Assembly (NCBI GenBank): GCA_963771275.1
Contig: CAVYSW010000003.1
Location: forward strand, 384,001 to 448,000
Reading direction: 5' to 3'
Origin: an uncultured Gemmatimonadales bacterium
Lineage (GTDB): Bacteria; Gemmatimonadota; Gemmatimonadetes; Gemmatimonadales; GWC2-71-9
DNA: 64,000 bases
Part shown: positions 9,857-19,931 of the stretch, one piece after another
How positions within the stretch are numbered: position 1 is the first letter of the stretch
Layout: each line of letters starts with the position of its first letter
Made by a program: the position numbers and the translations under genes
Notes under the pieces: generated by a model
The model's input: only the letters and a program-made list of their open reading frames with translations
Told to the model about the DNA's origin: nothing
The model's database searches: none

Positions 9857-10951
9857 CTACGGACCGCCGCGCTCCAGCAGCCCCTCGAGCACGGCATAGG
9901 GGTCCGCATCCCCCCGCGCGCGCATCGCCCCCGCGATCATCGCCACCGCCTGCCGCACGCCCCCGGCGCGCTGGTAGACGGCCTCGAGCACGTCGAGCCG
10001 CGTGCGGTAGATCCGGGCCGCGATCACGCTGGCGTTGTTGAGCGGGCGCTCGGCCAGGCGCGCGCCGCTGTACACCTCGAGCGCCTCCCCGAGCGGGCCC
10101 GCCAACTCCGCCCGCGCCACCCCGAAAACCCGCGCCCGCCCTTGCTCCAGCGCCGCGTCGCGCGCCCCCGACCGGTACAGCACGGTGAGGCTGTCCGCCA
10201 GGCGTGCGTAGAACGCCGAGAGCCGGACCTCGTCGCGCCAGATCGCCGCCGCCCGCGCCGCCGCCCCCGAGTCCCCCACAGCCCGGAAGAACGCCTCCGC
10301 GCCGCGATAGCCCACCAGCTGCGCGAAGCTCTCGTCGAACGGCGTGGCGCCCGGCACGTACAGCGTCGCGTGCGCCGACTCATGCAGCACGGTCTCCACC
10401 ACGCCCACCCGATCGCCGTCCAGCACCGTCGACAGCAGCGGGTCGCTGAACCAGCCCAGCGTGGAGAACGCGCTCGCCGGCCGGAGGTAGGTGTCGTAGC
10501 CGCGCGCCGCAAACGCCCGCGCCGCGGCCTCCGCACTCGCCAGCGAGAAGTAGCCGCGGTACGGCACCGTCCCCACGATGGGGAAGTGCCAGAGATAGGG
10601 CGTCAGCGCGTCCTTCGGGCTTGCCGACATCACTAGCAGCAGCGTGTCGCGCCCCACCCGCGCGAACGTCGTGTAGGTATCCCCCACGCGCAGCCCCAGC
10701 CCGGTATCGGCATACCCCCGCGCCGCGATCACGAGCGCCGCCTTCTCGCGCCACGCGGCGGGGGCGTCCGGGTCGTTCACCAGATCGGCGAGCGGCCGGC
10801 GACGCAGCAGGATGCGCGCCTCTTCGTACGTCCCGCGCAGCACGAACCGCACGTCGGACGAGACCGCCGCGGCCAGCGCGATCGCCAGGACCAGCGCCAC
10901 AACCAGCCCGAGCACGATCCGGCCGACCAGCCGCCAGGGACGCGCGGCCAT
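9857..10951 (-). CDS. putative zinc aminopeptidase (membrane-anchored)
   Basis: [29 protein letters not shown] zinc motif followed by FDESFA; start at ATG 10951 is a judgement. Confidence 0.8.
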   Translation of the reverse strand: MAARPWRLVGRIVLGLVVALVLAIALAAAVSSDVRFVLRGTYEEARILLRRRPLADLVNDPDAPAAWREKAALVIAARGYADTGLGLRVGDTYTTFARVGRDTLLLVMSASPKDALTPYLWHFPIVGTVPYRGYFSLASAEAAARAFAARGYDTYLRPASAFSTLGWFSDPLLSTVLDGDRVGVVETVLHESAHATLYVPGATPFDESFAQLVGYRGAEAFFRAVGDSGAAARAAAIWRDEVRLSAFYARLADSLTVLYRSGARDAALEQGRARVFGVARAELAGPLGEALEVYSGARLAERPLNNASVIAARIYRTRLDVLEAVYQRAGGVRQAVAMIAGAMRARGDADPYAVLEGLLERGGP

Positions 10952-11030
10952 CACCAGGCCGACCGGCGGTGACCCGGCGCCGCGAGCCGTTTCATGCACC
11001 CGCCTTCATCAGCCACGATGACCGACCACC

Positions 11031-11146
11031 TGCACCGCAGAGCACGCAGAGCCCAGAGGGCTGCGGGATACTGGGTTGACGAGGCTTGGGAGCCTGATAC
11101 GTACGAACGCTGACTTCCCTGCGTTCTCTGCGATCTCTGCCGTGCA
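11031..11146. repeat. inverted nonamer-repeat hairpin element (CGCAGAGNN / NNCTCTGCG)
   Basis: left TGCAC-CGCAGAGCA-CGCAGAGCC-CAGAGGG; right arm reverse complement TGCAC-GGCAGAGAT-CGCAGAGAA-CGCAGGG. Confidence 0.7.
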
Positions 11147-11175
11147 TCCGCCCCGGCAGCGTCCGCCCCGGAGCG

Positions 11176-12138
11176 TCACAGAATGAGCCGCAGCCCGATC
11201 CGCTGCGAGCCGTCCCCCAGCAGGTCGATCGGCTCGTAGGCGTAGTCCACCGTCAAGCCGCCGAGCGCGAGGCTCAGGCCGACCGTGAAATGCGACGTGT
11301 CGGTGCCGGCTTCCCTGGTGCCGTACGCCCCACGACCGAGCAGGCCGATCCCGTGCACGACCACGCCGCCTTCCACGCCCGCCACGAAGCGTGCGTGCCG
11401 CTCCTGCGGCCACTGCAGCTCGAGGGTGGACAGCAGCCGGTAGGTCTCCTGGGGATCGACGTAGTTCATCGTGAACCCCAGGCGGGTGAGCCGCGGCATG
11501 GCAAGCGTGCTCGCCGAGCGCCAGTTGCCGCTCACGTTCTGCACCGCGAACCCGAGCGCGGCAATGTCGAACACGGCCACCGTGAGGCCGAGGTCGCCGG
11601 AGACGCCGCGATCCTGCACGTCCGCCACGCGCTGGTCGACCAGCTTGACCGCGCCGCCGGCGGCCAGCAGCCCCCAGCGGTAGATCAGGCTCCCGACCCC
11701 GAGAAACTCCCGCGCGCTCACGCTGCCGCCGGTGGGCAGGCCCGTGATGCCGCCCGTCGCGGGGTCGGGCACGATCTCCGGCTCGGAGCCGAAATCGAAG
11801 TACTTCATCCCGCCCCCCACGCTGAACTGCCCGAGCCGGAAGGTGAGCGCCCCGGTGGTCTGGTAGGAATCGAACGGTCCCGCGAAGAACCCCGCCTCCA
11901 GCGCGAGATGGGGCGCGAAGGCGAGGGCCGTGGGGTTCGTGAACACCGACGCGGCATCGCCCATCAACGCGGCACCGGCGCCGTTCAGCCCCGTGCCGCG
12001 CACGGAATTCTGCGTCCGGAGAATGACCGGGCCGTCGGCGCCCGCCGCCTGGGCCCGCGCCTGCCCTCCGAACAGCAGCACCGCTCCCGCGATCATCCCG
12101 GCGGCCCAACGCCCCGTTCCGCAGTCTGCAATCTGCAT
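11176..12138 (-). CDS. PorV/PorQ-like (FadL-fold) outer membrane beta-barrel
   Basis: signal peptide, RGTGLNGA...SVFTNPTAL N-terminal motif, C-terminal VDYAY...QRIGLRL. Confidence 0.7.
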   Translation of the reverse strand: MQIADCGTGRWAAGMIAGAVLLFGGQARAQAAGADGPVILRTQNSVRGTGLNGAGAALMGDAASVFTNPTALAFAPHLALEAGFFAGPFDSYQTTGALTFRLGQFSVGGGMKYFDFGSEPEIVPDPATGGITGLPTGGSVSAREFLGVGSLIYRWGLLAAGGAVKLVDQRVADVQDRGVSGDLGLTVAVFDIAALGFAVQNVSGNWRSASTLAMPRLTRLGFTMNYVDPQETYRLLSTLELQWPQERHARFVAGVEGGVVVHGIGLLGRGAYGTREAGTDTSHFTVGLSLALGGLTVDYAYEPIDLLGDGSQRIGLRLIL

Positions 12139-12150
12139 GCTGCCTTCGAA

Positions 12151-14337
12151 TCACTGGATCCGGATCACGTTGAGCCGCGCCCCGATCGCGGCCGGAAGCG
12201 CCGCACCACCCGGCCCCGTCAGCAGCACCGTGAACCCCTTCTCGCCGGCCGCCTGCACCACCCGGAAATAGTCGCCGGAGCCCGCCAGCAGCGTCCCGCT
12301 GAACGCGAACGTCCCGCCGTTGACCTCCAGCGGCACCAGCGGGAACACCAGCGGGAAGCGTGCCGGCAGCTGGTCGTGGAGCGACTGGTAGGTCGTACGG
12401 AAATGCCACGTCTGGTACGTCAGCCGCGCGGGCGGCGTGAATCCCGGCAGATCCGATACGTAGTTCGCCAGGAACCACTGCGAGGCGAGCTTGCTGAACG
12501 GCTCGCCGGTCACCGCAACGACGTTGTCGGCCCCGGTACGGTCGGTCTCGTCGAGCCGGCGCGTGAGATCCTCACCGTACTGATCCCGCAGCCAGCGCAG
12601 GAACGCCCACGACGCACCACGCTCCTCGAGCGACCCGGTGCCCTCGGTCGGGAGCAGGAACACCGCGCCGGGATCCAGCAGGTAGAGGTAGTTGTTGTAC
12701 ACATCCCCGATCGCGAATTGCGAAAACAGGTCGTCGCGGCCCAGCGCCTCGAAGTGCAGGCCGCCAAGCTCCTCGGCCGTGTGCGACAGCCCCTCGTTGA
12801 GCCACAGGATCTCGGACGCCCCCCCGCGCACCAGCACGTGCTGGTTGTAGCTGATCATATGCTGGAACTCGTGGATGAACGTCACCGGCACCAGCCGCCG
12901 CACGCTCTCCGTGCTCAGATTGCACGTCACCGTGCCCGCCGGATCGGGCGCGATGGCGTAGAACACCTCGCCCTTGTTCGACCGGGAGTCCATCTGAAAC
13001 AGCGGGTCGATGTCGATGCCGAAGAAGTAGCCGGTGATCACCGACGTCGCGCACTGATCCCGCGGCGTCAGGCGGTTCACCGCGGGCGTGAACAGCACGA
13101 TCACGACCCCGTTGGCGTCGATATCCGACTCCGAGCCGAAGGCCCGGGTGTCCACGTCGTACAGATCCTGATCGAACATCATGCCGACGGAGTCGTAGTC
13201 GGCGGCCGTGAACCCGGCCGGGGCCGCATCGTCGGTGAACAGCGCCGCGTGCAGACCGACGTACTCGGCCCGCGCCGTCACCGCCGAGAAGTCCGTCGCG
13301 GCCGAGCACGGGATGTTGGTGCAGACCTGGAAGGTCCGTTTGTCGCCCACCTTCACGGTCACCTGGGCACTCGGCGCAAGCAACGCGGCCGACACCGGGG
13401 CGCGCGGCAGCAGCGAGGCCGCGCGCTCCTGCGCCCGAAGCAGGTCGTGGAACCGCGTCGCGAACGGCACGGCGGTCGGATGCGGCTCCGCCGCGCTGAG
13501 CGCGACCACCACGGAATCACCCTGCAGCCGGTACGACGCCGACACCCCCGGGGTGCCGGTCGTGGACTGCGCGGCGAGTAGGTACTCGGCACCGCTCGGC
13601 CCGGCGTCGGCGAACGCGGCGCACCCCGCCAGCTGCGCCGGGTCCAGCGACGCGTACTCACCCACCGCCAGCGCCAGGGGGGCCGCCGACGCCGTGTACG
13701 TGGCCTGCAGCGCGTTGCTCCAGGCGCCCTGCACCTGCGCCCTGACCGACACGGTCCCCGGCGCGAGACAGATCGGCGCGACCACCGTGAGCTGCGTCGC
13801 GCTGCCGCTCACCACCAGCGCGGGCGAGCCCGCGATCTCCACCTCCGCCGCCGCGCCCAGCGCCGAGCCGCTGAGCTGCACCGTATCGCCCGCGGCGAAC
13901 GTCGCGGGGGCGACACCGGCCAGCGTCGGCGCGGCGCCCGCCGTCGCCGTGAACACGACCGCCTGGGCCGGCAACGCGGCAAGCGCCGCCTGCACGCGGT
14001 ATTCGCCGGCGGCCGGACCCAGCCGGAGCGCCGCCTCCGCCCGCCCCAGCCCGTCGGCCAGCGTCACCGAATCAGACAGCGTGGCACCGGCCCCCGTCGT
14101 CACCGTCCACCGCACCCGGGCGCGCGGCACTTCCAGGCCGCTCGTGGCCCGCGCGACCACCGCGAGCGCCTGGGGCAGCGCCGCCCCCGCCGGCGCCGTC
14201 TGCCCGTTCGTGGCGGCGACGATCTCGAGCGTCGCGGCCTCCGGCAGGGGCTCCGCGCCACCGCACGCCGCGAGCGCGACGACAACGCCCCCATAACCGA
14301 TCCCGCGCCGCATTCCCTTCCCCAGCGTCAGCTGCAT
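12151..14337 (-). CDS. surface lipoprotein with Ig-like/IPT domains and a zinc metallopeptidase (M30-like) domain
   Basis: lipobox LAAC, Ala/Thr/Val-rich Ig-like region, HEFQH with downstream WLNEGLS; start could be 14313. Confidence 0.75.
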   Translation of the reverse strand: MQLTLGKGMRRGIGYGGVVVALAACGGAEPLPEAATLEIVAATNGQTAPAGAALPQALAVVARATSGLEVPRARVRWTVTTGAGATLSDSVTLADGLGRAEAALRLGPAAGEYRVQAALAALPAQAVVFTATAGAAPTLAGVAPATFAAGDTVQLSGSALGAAAEVEIAGSPALVVSGSATQLTVVAPICLAPGTVSVRAQVQGAWSNALQATYTASAAPLALAVGEYASLDPAQLAGCAAFADAGPSGAEYLLAAQSTTGTPGVSASYRLQGDSVVVALSAAEPHPTAVPFATRFHDLLRAQERAASLLPRAPVSAALLAPSAQVTVKVGDKRTFQVCTNIPCSAATDFSAVTARAEYVGLHAALFTDDAAPAGFTAADYDSVGMMFDQDLYDVDTRAFGSESDIDANGVVIVLFTPAVNRLTPRDQCATSVITGYFFGIDIDPLFQMDSRSNKGEVFYAIAPDPAGTVTCNLSTESVRRLVPVTFIHEFQHMISYNQHVLVRGGASEILWLNEGLSHTAEELGGLHFEALGRDDLFSQFAIGDVYNNYLYLLDPGAVFLLPTEGTGSLEERGASWAFLRWLRDQYGEDLTRRLDETDRTGADNVVAVTGEPFSKLASQWFLANYVSDLPGFTPPARLTYQTWHFRTTYQSLHDQLPARFPLVFPLVPLEVNGGTFAFSGTLLAGSGDYFRVVQAAGEKGFTVLLTGPGGAALPAAIGARLNVIRIQ

Positions 14338-14409
14338 GATTCCGCCGCTCCCTTGGGCGTGGCTCTGTAACCTCCGGAATGACATGAACATACGCCGCTC
14401 GAGTCCGTT

Positions 14410-14438
14410 TTGACAACACCGCGGGCCCGCGGTAGCTT
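14410..14438 (+). promoter_or_regulatory. sigma70 promoter for dnaE operon
   Basis: TTGACA-17 nt-TAGCTT, 11 nt upstream of the dnaE ATG. Confidence 0.7.
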
Positions 14439-14449
14439 ACCACGGTTCC

Positions 14450-17400
14450 ATGGCGTTCGCTCACCTCCACACCCACTCCGAGTACTCGCTCCTCGACGGC
14501 GCCAACCGGATTCCCGACTTGGTGGCCCGCGTCAAGGAGCTGGGGATGGACAGCCTCGCGGTTACCGACCACGGGAATCTCCACGCCGCCTGGTCGTTCT
14601 ACGAGACCGCCCGGGCCCAGGGCATCCGGCCCATCATCGGCTGCGAAGCGTACGTGGCGTTCGGGCCCCGCCAGGCGCGGGAGAAGCCACCCGACGCCCC
14701 CGCCAACTACTCGCACCTCGTGCTGCTCGTCCGCAACGCGACCGGCTACCGCAACCTCATCAAGCTGTCGTCGCTCGGCTACCTCGAGGGCTACTACCGT
14801 CGGCCCCGCATCGATCACGACGCCCTCGTCCAGCACCACGAGGGATTGATCGCCCTCGCCGCGTGCCTGTCGGGCGAGATCGCCCTGTACCTGCGGCAGC
14901 AGCACTACGAGCAGGCGAAGCGCGCCGCCGAGTGGTTCGCCCAGTGCTTCGGACCGGACGGATTCTGGCTCGAGGTCCAGGACCACGGCATCCCCGAAGA
15001 GCGGATCGTGCGCGACGGCATGCTGCGCCTGGGACAGGAGCTCGGGCTGCCGATCGTGGCGACCAACGACGCGCACTACCTGCGCCGCGAGGACCACGAA
15101 GCGCACGACTGCCTGCTCGCCATCGGCACCGGCAAGGACCTCGACGACCCCGCGCGGTTCCGGTTCGTCGGGCAGGAGAGCTACATCAAGTCCGAGGCCG
15201 AGATGGCGGCGCTGTTCCCCGACCACCTTGACATGCTCGCCAACACGCAGCGCGTCGCCGACCTGTGCGAGTTCGACTTCGAGAAGCGCTACTACCTGCC
15301 GCAGTTTCCCCGGCCCGCGGCCTACGCCACCGACAACGACCTGCTCGTCGAGCTGGCCACGCGCGGCGCCGAGGCGCGCTACGGCAGCCCGCTCCCCGCC
15401 GCGGCGGCGGAGCGGCTCGCCTACGAGCTCGGCGTCATCACGACCACCGGCTACGCGGGCTACTTCCTGATCGTCCAGGATTTCATCAATGCCGCGCGCG
15501 CGCGCGGCATTCCGGTGGGCCCCGGACGCGGGTCCGCCGCGGGCTCGCTGGTCGCCTACGCGCTCGGCATCACCAACGTCGATCCGCTCCGCTTCGACCT
15601 CCTGTTCGAGCGCTTTCTCAACCCCGAGCGCGTGTCCATGCCGGACATCGACGTGGACTTCTGCTTCGAGCGCCGCGGCGAGGTGATCGAGTACGTGCGC
15701 GAGCGTTACGGCCGGTCCAGCGTCGGCCAGATCATCACGTTCGGCACGCTCAAGGCGCGGGCGGCGCTGCGCGACATCGCGCGCGTGCTGCGCGTGAGCC
15801 CCGCCGACGCCGACCGCATGGCGAAGCTCGTCCCCTCGGGTCCGGCCTTCAGCCTGTCCGTCGCCGAAGCCGCCCGGCGCGTCCCGGAGCTGCGCGCGCT
15901 CGTCGCAGCGGACCCCACCGCCGCCCGCGTCGTCGACCTGGCGCAGCGCATCGAGGGGCTGTCACGTCACGCCTCGGTCCACGCGGCCGGGATCGTGATC
16001 GCGCCCGGCCCGCTCCAGGACTACGTGCCGGTGTGCACGGCGCCGCAGCGCGGCAACGGCGCGCAGGGCGAGGAAGCCATCATCACCCAGTACGACATGA
16101 TCGGCCTCGAGAAGGTCGGCATGCTCAAGATGGACTTCCTCGGCCTGCGCACGCTCACCGTGATCCACGACGCGGTCGCCATGATCCGGGAGCGCCGCGG
16201 CGTCACCGTCGACCCCGACGCGATCGACCTCGACGATCCCGCGGTTTACGCGCTGCTCCGCACGGGCCGGACCGCCGGGGTCTTCCAGTTCGAGTCGCCG
16301 CTCGCCACCGACACGCTGCGCCAGATGCGCTGCGACCGGTTCGACGACCTGGTCGCGACCAACGCGCTGCTCCGCCCCGGCCCGCTCGACTCCGGCATGC
16401 ACCTCGTGTTCATCCGCCGCAAGCGTGGCGAGGAGCCGACCCGGTTTCCCCACCCGGCGCTCAAGGAGGTGCTCGCGCCCACCTACGGCGTGATCGTCTA
16501 TCAGGAGCAGGTGATGCGGATCGCGAACATCCTGGCGGGGTTCTCGCTCGCCGAGGCCGACGTGCTCCGCAAGGCGGTGGGGAAGAAGGATGCCGACGCG
16601 CTGCGCCGCGAGCTGGGCCGGTTCATGGAGCGGGCCGTCGCGCTGGGGCACGACCGCGGGGTGATCGACGACCTCGCCGCGCAGATCGAGACGTTCGGCC
16701 GCTACGGCTTCCCCAAGGCGCACAGCGTCGCCTACAGCATCATCTCGTTCCAGACCGCGTGGCTCAAGGCCCACTACCCGGCCGAGTTCATGGCCGCCCT
16801 GCTGTCGTCCGAGATCGGCAACACCGACAAGGTGGTCGAGTACATCAACGAAGCGCGCGAGATGGGGCTCCAGGTGCTGCCGCCGTCGGTGAACGAGTCG
16901 GGCTGGAAGTTCACGGTGACGGCGGACGACGAGATCCGCTTCGGACTCGGCGCAGTGCGCAACGTCGGCCGGGGCGCAATCGAGTCGATCCTCGAGGCCC
17001 GCGCCAGCGCGGGGCCGTCCACCGGCCTGGCCGATTTCTGCGACCGCGTCGACCTGCGGCTGTGCAACAAGCGCGTCATCGAGTCGCTCATCGCGGCCGG
17101 CGCGTTCGACCAGGTCGGCGGCCATCGGGCACAGCTGCTGGCGGCGCTCGACGTCGCCCTGGGCGAGGCCCAGCTGCGGCAGGTCGAGCGCGAGTCCGGC
17201 CAGGGCTCCCTGTTCGGCGCCCTCGCGCACGCCGCGCCCCAGGCGGCGTTGGTCCCCCTGCCCGACGTGCCGCCCTGGACCGAGGCGGAGCGGCTCGCCA
17301 AGGAGCGGGACGTGGTGGGCTTCTTCATCTCGGGCCACCCGCTGGAGCGATTCCGGGACGAGGTCGCCCTGTTCGGCACGCGCACCACCGCCACCCTCGG

Positions 17401-17932
17401 GACGTGGAGTGAGCATCAGGTGATTGCGGCGGTGATCGTGACGGCGGTCAAGCGCCAGATCAGCCGGAAGACGGGGGCCGAATACGCCCGGCTCACGGTC
17501 GAGGATTTCCACGGGACGGCCGAGGCTCTGGTGTTTCCCGAGGCGTGGAGCAAGCTTTCCCGGGTCATCTTGCCCGACGCCGCCCTGCTGCTCACGGGGA
17601 GCTACAGCCCGCGGGACCGCGGCGAAGACCGCGCGCCGTTCATCGTGGATGACGCCGCCCCGCTCGCCGACCTGCGGGCGCAGGGCCAGGTGGGTGTCGA
17701 GCTGGGCTGGGGCGGCAGCGGCGCGCCGGACGGCGAGGCCGCGCGTGCCGTGCGCGCGCTGTGCGCCGCCCACCCGGGCCCGGCCCCCGTGTTCGTCGCG
17801 TGGAATGACGGCAACGGGACCACGGCGCGCTTGCGCGCCCGCGGGCTGCGTGTCGACTTGAGCGGCCCGCTGCTCGACGCGCTCCGCGGGGTGCTCGGGA
17901 CCGATCGCGTCCGGCTCACGAAGGCGAGGTGA
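14450..17932 (+). CDS. dnaE: DNA polymerase III alpha subunit
   Basis: PHP HLHTHSEYSLLDG, GRGSAAGS, MPDIDVDF, KMDFLGL, OB fold. Confidence 0.97.
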   Translation: MAFAHLHTHSEYSLLDGANRIPDLVARVKELGMDSLAVTDHGNLHAAWSFYETARAQGIRPIIGCEAYVAFGPRQAREKPPDAPANYSHLVLLVRNATGYRNLIKLSSLGYLEGYYRRPRIDHDALVQHHEGLIALAACLSGEIALYLRQQHYEQAKRAAEWFAQCFGPDGFWLEVQDHGIPEERIVRDGMLRLGQELGLPIVATNDAHYLRREDHEAHDCLLAIGTGKDLDDPARFRFVGQESYIKSEAEMAALFPDHLDMLANTQRVADLCEFDFEKRYYLPQFPRPAAYATDNDLLVELATRGAEARYGSPLPAAAAERLAYELGVITTTGYAGYFLIVQDFINAARARGIPVGPGRGSAAGSLVAYALGITNVDPLRFDLLFERFLNPERVSMPDIDVDFCFERRGEVIEYVRERYGRSSVGQIITFGTLKARAALRDIARVLRVSPADADRMAKLVPSGPAFSLSVAEAARRVPELRALVAADPTAARVVDLAQRIEGLSRHASVHAAGIVIAPGPLQDYVPVCTAPQRGNGAQGEEAIITQYDMIGLEKVGMLKMDFLGLRTLTVIHDAVAMIRERRGVTVDPDAIDLDDPAVYALLRTGRTAGVFQFESPLATDTLRQMRCDRFDDLVATNALLRPGPLDSGMHLVFIRRKRGEEPTRFPHPALKEVLAPTYGVIVYQEQVMRIANILAGFSLAEADVLRKAVGKKDADALRRELGRFMERAVALGHDRGVIDDLAAQIETFGRYGFPKAHSVAYSIISFQTAWLKAHYPAEFMAALLSSEIGNTDKVVEYINEAREMGLQVLPPSVNESGWKFTVTADDEIRFGLGAVRNVGRGAIESILEARASAGPSTGLADFCDRVDLRLCNKRVIESLIAAGAFDQVGGHRAQLLAALDVALGEAQLRQVERESGQGSLFGALAHAAPQAALVPLPDVPPWTEAERLAKERDVVGFFISGHPLERFRDEVALFGTRTTATLGTWSEHQVIAAVIVTAVKRQISRKTGAEYARLTVEDFHGTAEALVFPEAWSKLSRVILPDAALLLTGSYSPRDRGEDRAPFIVDDAAPLADLRAQGQVGVELGWGGSGAPDGEAARAVRALCAAHPGPAPVFVAWNDGNGTTARLRARGLRVDLSGPLLDALRGVLGTDRVRLTKAR

Positions 17933-17934
17933 CC

Positions 17935-18891
17935 ATGGCGTTCGAGCTGGATTTCGAGAAACCGCTGATCGACCTGGAGCGCCAGATCGCGCACTTGAAG
18001 CGGCTTGCGCTCGACCAGCGGCTCGACGTCCAATGGGAGATCGCGCCCCTCGAGCAGCGTCTCGGTGAGCTGCGCCGCGAGATCTACCGCGACCTGTCGC
18101 CGATCCAGCGGGTGCAGGTGGCCCGCCACCCCCGCCGCCCCTACACCATCGACTACCTCGGGTCGGTGTTCACCGACTTCATGGAGCTCAAGGGCGACCG
18201 CCTGTTCCGCGACGACCCCGCCATCGTGGCCGGCTGGGCCCGGCTCGGCGATCAGCCGGTCATCGTCATCGGCCAGCAGAAGGGGCGCGACACCAAGGAG
18301 AACCTCCGCCGCAACTTCGGCATGCCGCACCCCGAGGGCTACCGCAAGGCGCTCCGCCTGATGCACACGGCCGAGCGCTTCGGCACCCCCGTCATCACGC
18401 TGATCGACACGCCGGGCGCCTACCCGGGCCTCGGCGCCGAGGAGCGCGGCCAGGCCGAGGCGATCGCCAAGAACCTCGAGGAGATGGCCCGCCTGCGCAC
18501 CCCGCTCGTGGCCGCCATCATCGGTGAAGGCGGCTCGGGCGGGGCGCTCGCCCTCGGGCTCGCCGACCGCGTCCTGATGCTGGAGAACGCGGTCTACTCG
18601 GTGATTTCCCCCGAGGGATGCGCCGCCATTCTGTGGAAGGACGCCGGGCAGAAGGAGCGGGCGGCCCAGGCGCTCCGCCTCACCGCGGCCGACCTGCTGG
18701 AGCTGGGCGTGATCGATGTCATCGTGCCCGAGCCCGACGGCGGTGCGCACGCCGACCCCGACGGCGCCGCCCAGGCGCTCGGCCAGGCACTGCGCCACGC
18801 GGTCGACGAGCTGACCCCCGTTCCCCACGACCAGCTGCTCGCCCAGCGTGCCGAGAAGTTCCTCCGCATGGGACAGTTCACCACCCGCTGA
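17935..18891 (+). CDS. accA: acetyl-CoA carboxylase carboxyltransferase alpha
   Basis: LDFEKP, ARHPRRP, FGMPHPEGYRKA, GEGGSGGA. Confidence 0.96.
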   Translation: MAFELDFEKPLIDLERQIAHLKRLALDQRLDVQWEIAPLEQRLGELRREIYRDLSPIQRVQVARHPRRPYTIDYLGSVFTDFMELKGDRLFRDDPAIVAGWARLGDQPVIVIGQQKGRDTKENLRRNFGMPHPEGYRKALRLMHTAERFGTPVITLIDTPGAYPGLGAEERGQAEAIAKNLEEMARLRTPLVAAIIGEGGSGGALALGLADRVLMLENAVYSVISPEGCAAILWKDAGQKERAAQALRLTAADLLELGVIDVIVPEPDGGAHADPDGAAQALGQALRHAVDELTPVPHDQLLAQRAEKFLRMGQFTTR

Positions 18892-18893
18892 CC

Positions 18894-19931
18894 GTGGCCA
18901 CCCTCGTCGAGGTCCGGTTCAAGGGCAACCGGAAGGCGTTCTTCACCTGGGACCAGCCTGACCCGCTCAGCCCGGGCCACTGCGTGATCGTGAGCGCCGA
19001 CCGCGGTCAGGACCTGGGCACCGTGTCCGCGTTCGGCGCCCCCGCGGAGCGGAAGTGCGGCACGGGGTGCTCCGGGTGTGCCCTGGGTCAGCCGCGGGCG
19101 CCCGAGGGCGCGGTGATCCGGCGCGCGTCCACCGAGGACGCGTATCTCGCGGACGAGCTCCGCCGGGCCGAAGACGACGTGCGCCGCAAGGTGATGGAGC
19201 GCGTCACCCAGCACCGCCTCGCGATGAAGATCTCGGACGCCGAGTGGCAGTGGGACCGGAAGCGGCTCACCATCTACTTCACGGCGGAGCAGCGCGTGGA
19301 CTTTCGCGCCCTGGTCCGGGATCTCGCCAGTCTGTTTCGCACGCGCATCGAGCTGCGCCAGATCGGCGCCCGCGACGAGGCCAAGCGCCTCGAAGGCGTG
19401 GGGCGCTGCGGACGCGAATACTGCTGTTCCTCGTGGCTCCCCGAGCTCCGGCCGGTGAGCCTCGCGCTCGCCAAGGATCAGCGGCTCTCGCTCAACCCGT
19501 CGCAGATCTCCGGCGGGTGCGGCCGCCTGCTGTGTTGCCTCCGCTACGAGCACGACTTCTACGTCGCGAGCCGCAAGCGATTCCCCAAGGAAGGCAAGCT
19601 CGTCACCACCGGGCGCGGTGCGGAGAAGGTGCTGGCGGTGGACATCTTTCGCGAGCGCATCCTGCTGAAGGACGACGACGGGCGCACCCGTACGCTGGCC
19701 CTGGCCGATCTCAAGGCGGAAATGGCCGACGCGTCGCCCGCCCCGCGCGAGGCGGAGCCACAGGCCCCGGCCGCGCTGCTCACGTTCGATGAAGGCCAGA
19801 TCACCGTGTCCCCCGAACAGGCGATCGCGTCGGTCACCCCGCCGACGCCACTCAAGCGGCGGCGGCGCGGGCGGCGTGGCTCGGGCCGCCAGGGCCGGCC
19901 CCCGGACACGCCCCGTGAGCCCGGTGCCTAA
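18894..19931 (+). CDS. PSP1 / RicT (YaaT) family Fe-S protein
   Basis: RVDFRALVRDLA, RIELRQIGARDEA, GRCGREYCC, SGGCGRLLCCLRYE; GTG start 18894. Confidence 0.9.
   Translation: MATLVEVRFKGNRKAFFTWDQPDPLSPGHCVIVSADRGQDLGTVSAFGAPAERKCGTGCSGCALGQPRAPEGAVIRRASTEDAYLADELRRAEDDVRRKVMERVTQHRLAMKISDAEWQWDRKRLTIYFTAEQRVDFRALVRDLASLFRTRIELRQIGARDEAKRLEGVGRCGREYCCSSWLPELRPVSLALAKDQRLSLNPSQISGGCGRLLCCLRYEHDFYVASRKRFPKEGKLVTTGRGAEKVLAVDIFRERILLKDDDGRTRTLALADLKAEMADASPAPREAEPQAPAALLTFDEGQITVSPEQAIASVTPPTPLKRRRRGRRGSGRQGRPPDTPREPGA

Noticed and set aside
14450..17932. Intein or split in dnaE
   Set aside because: Length of 1160 aa and continuous domain order are normal; no intein motifs seen.
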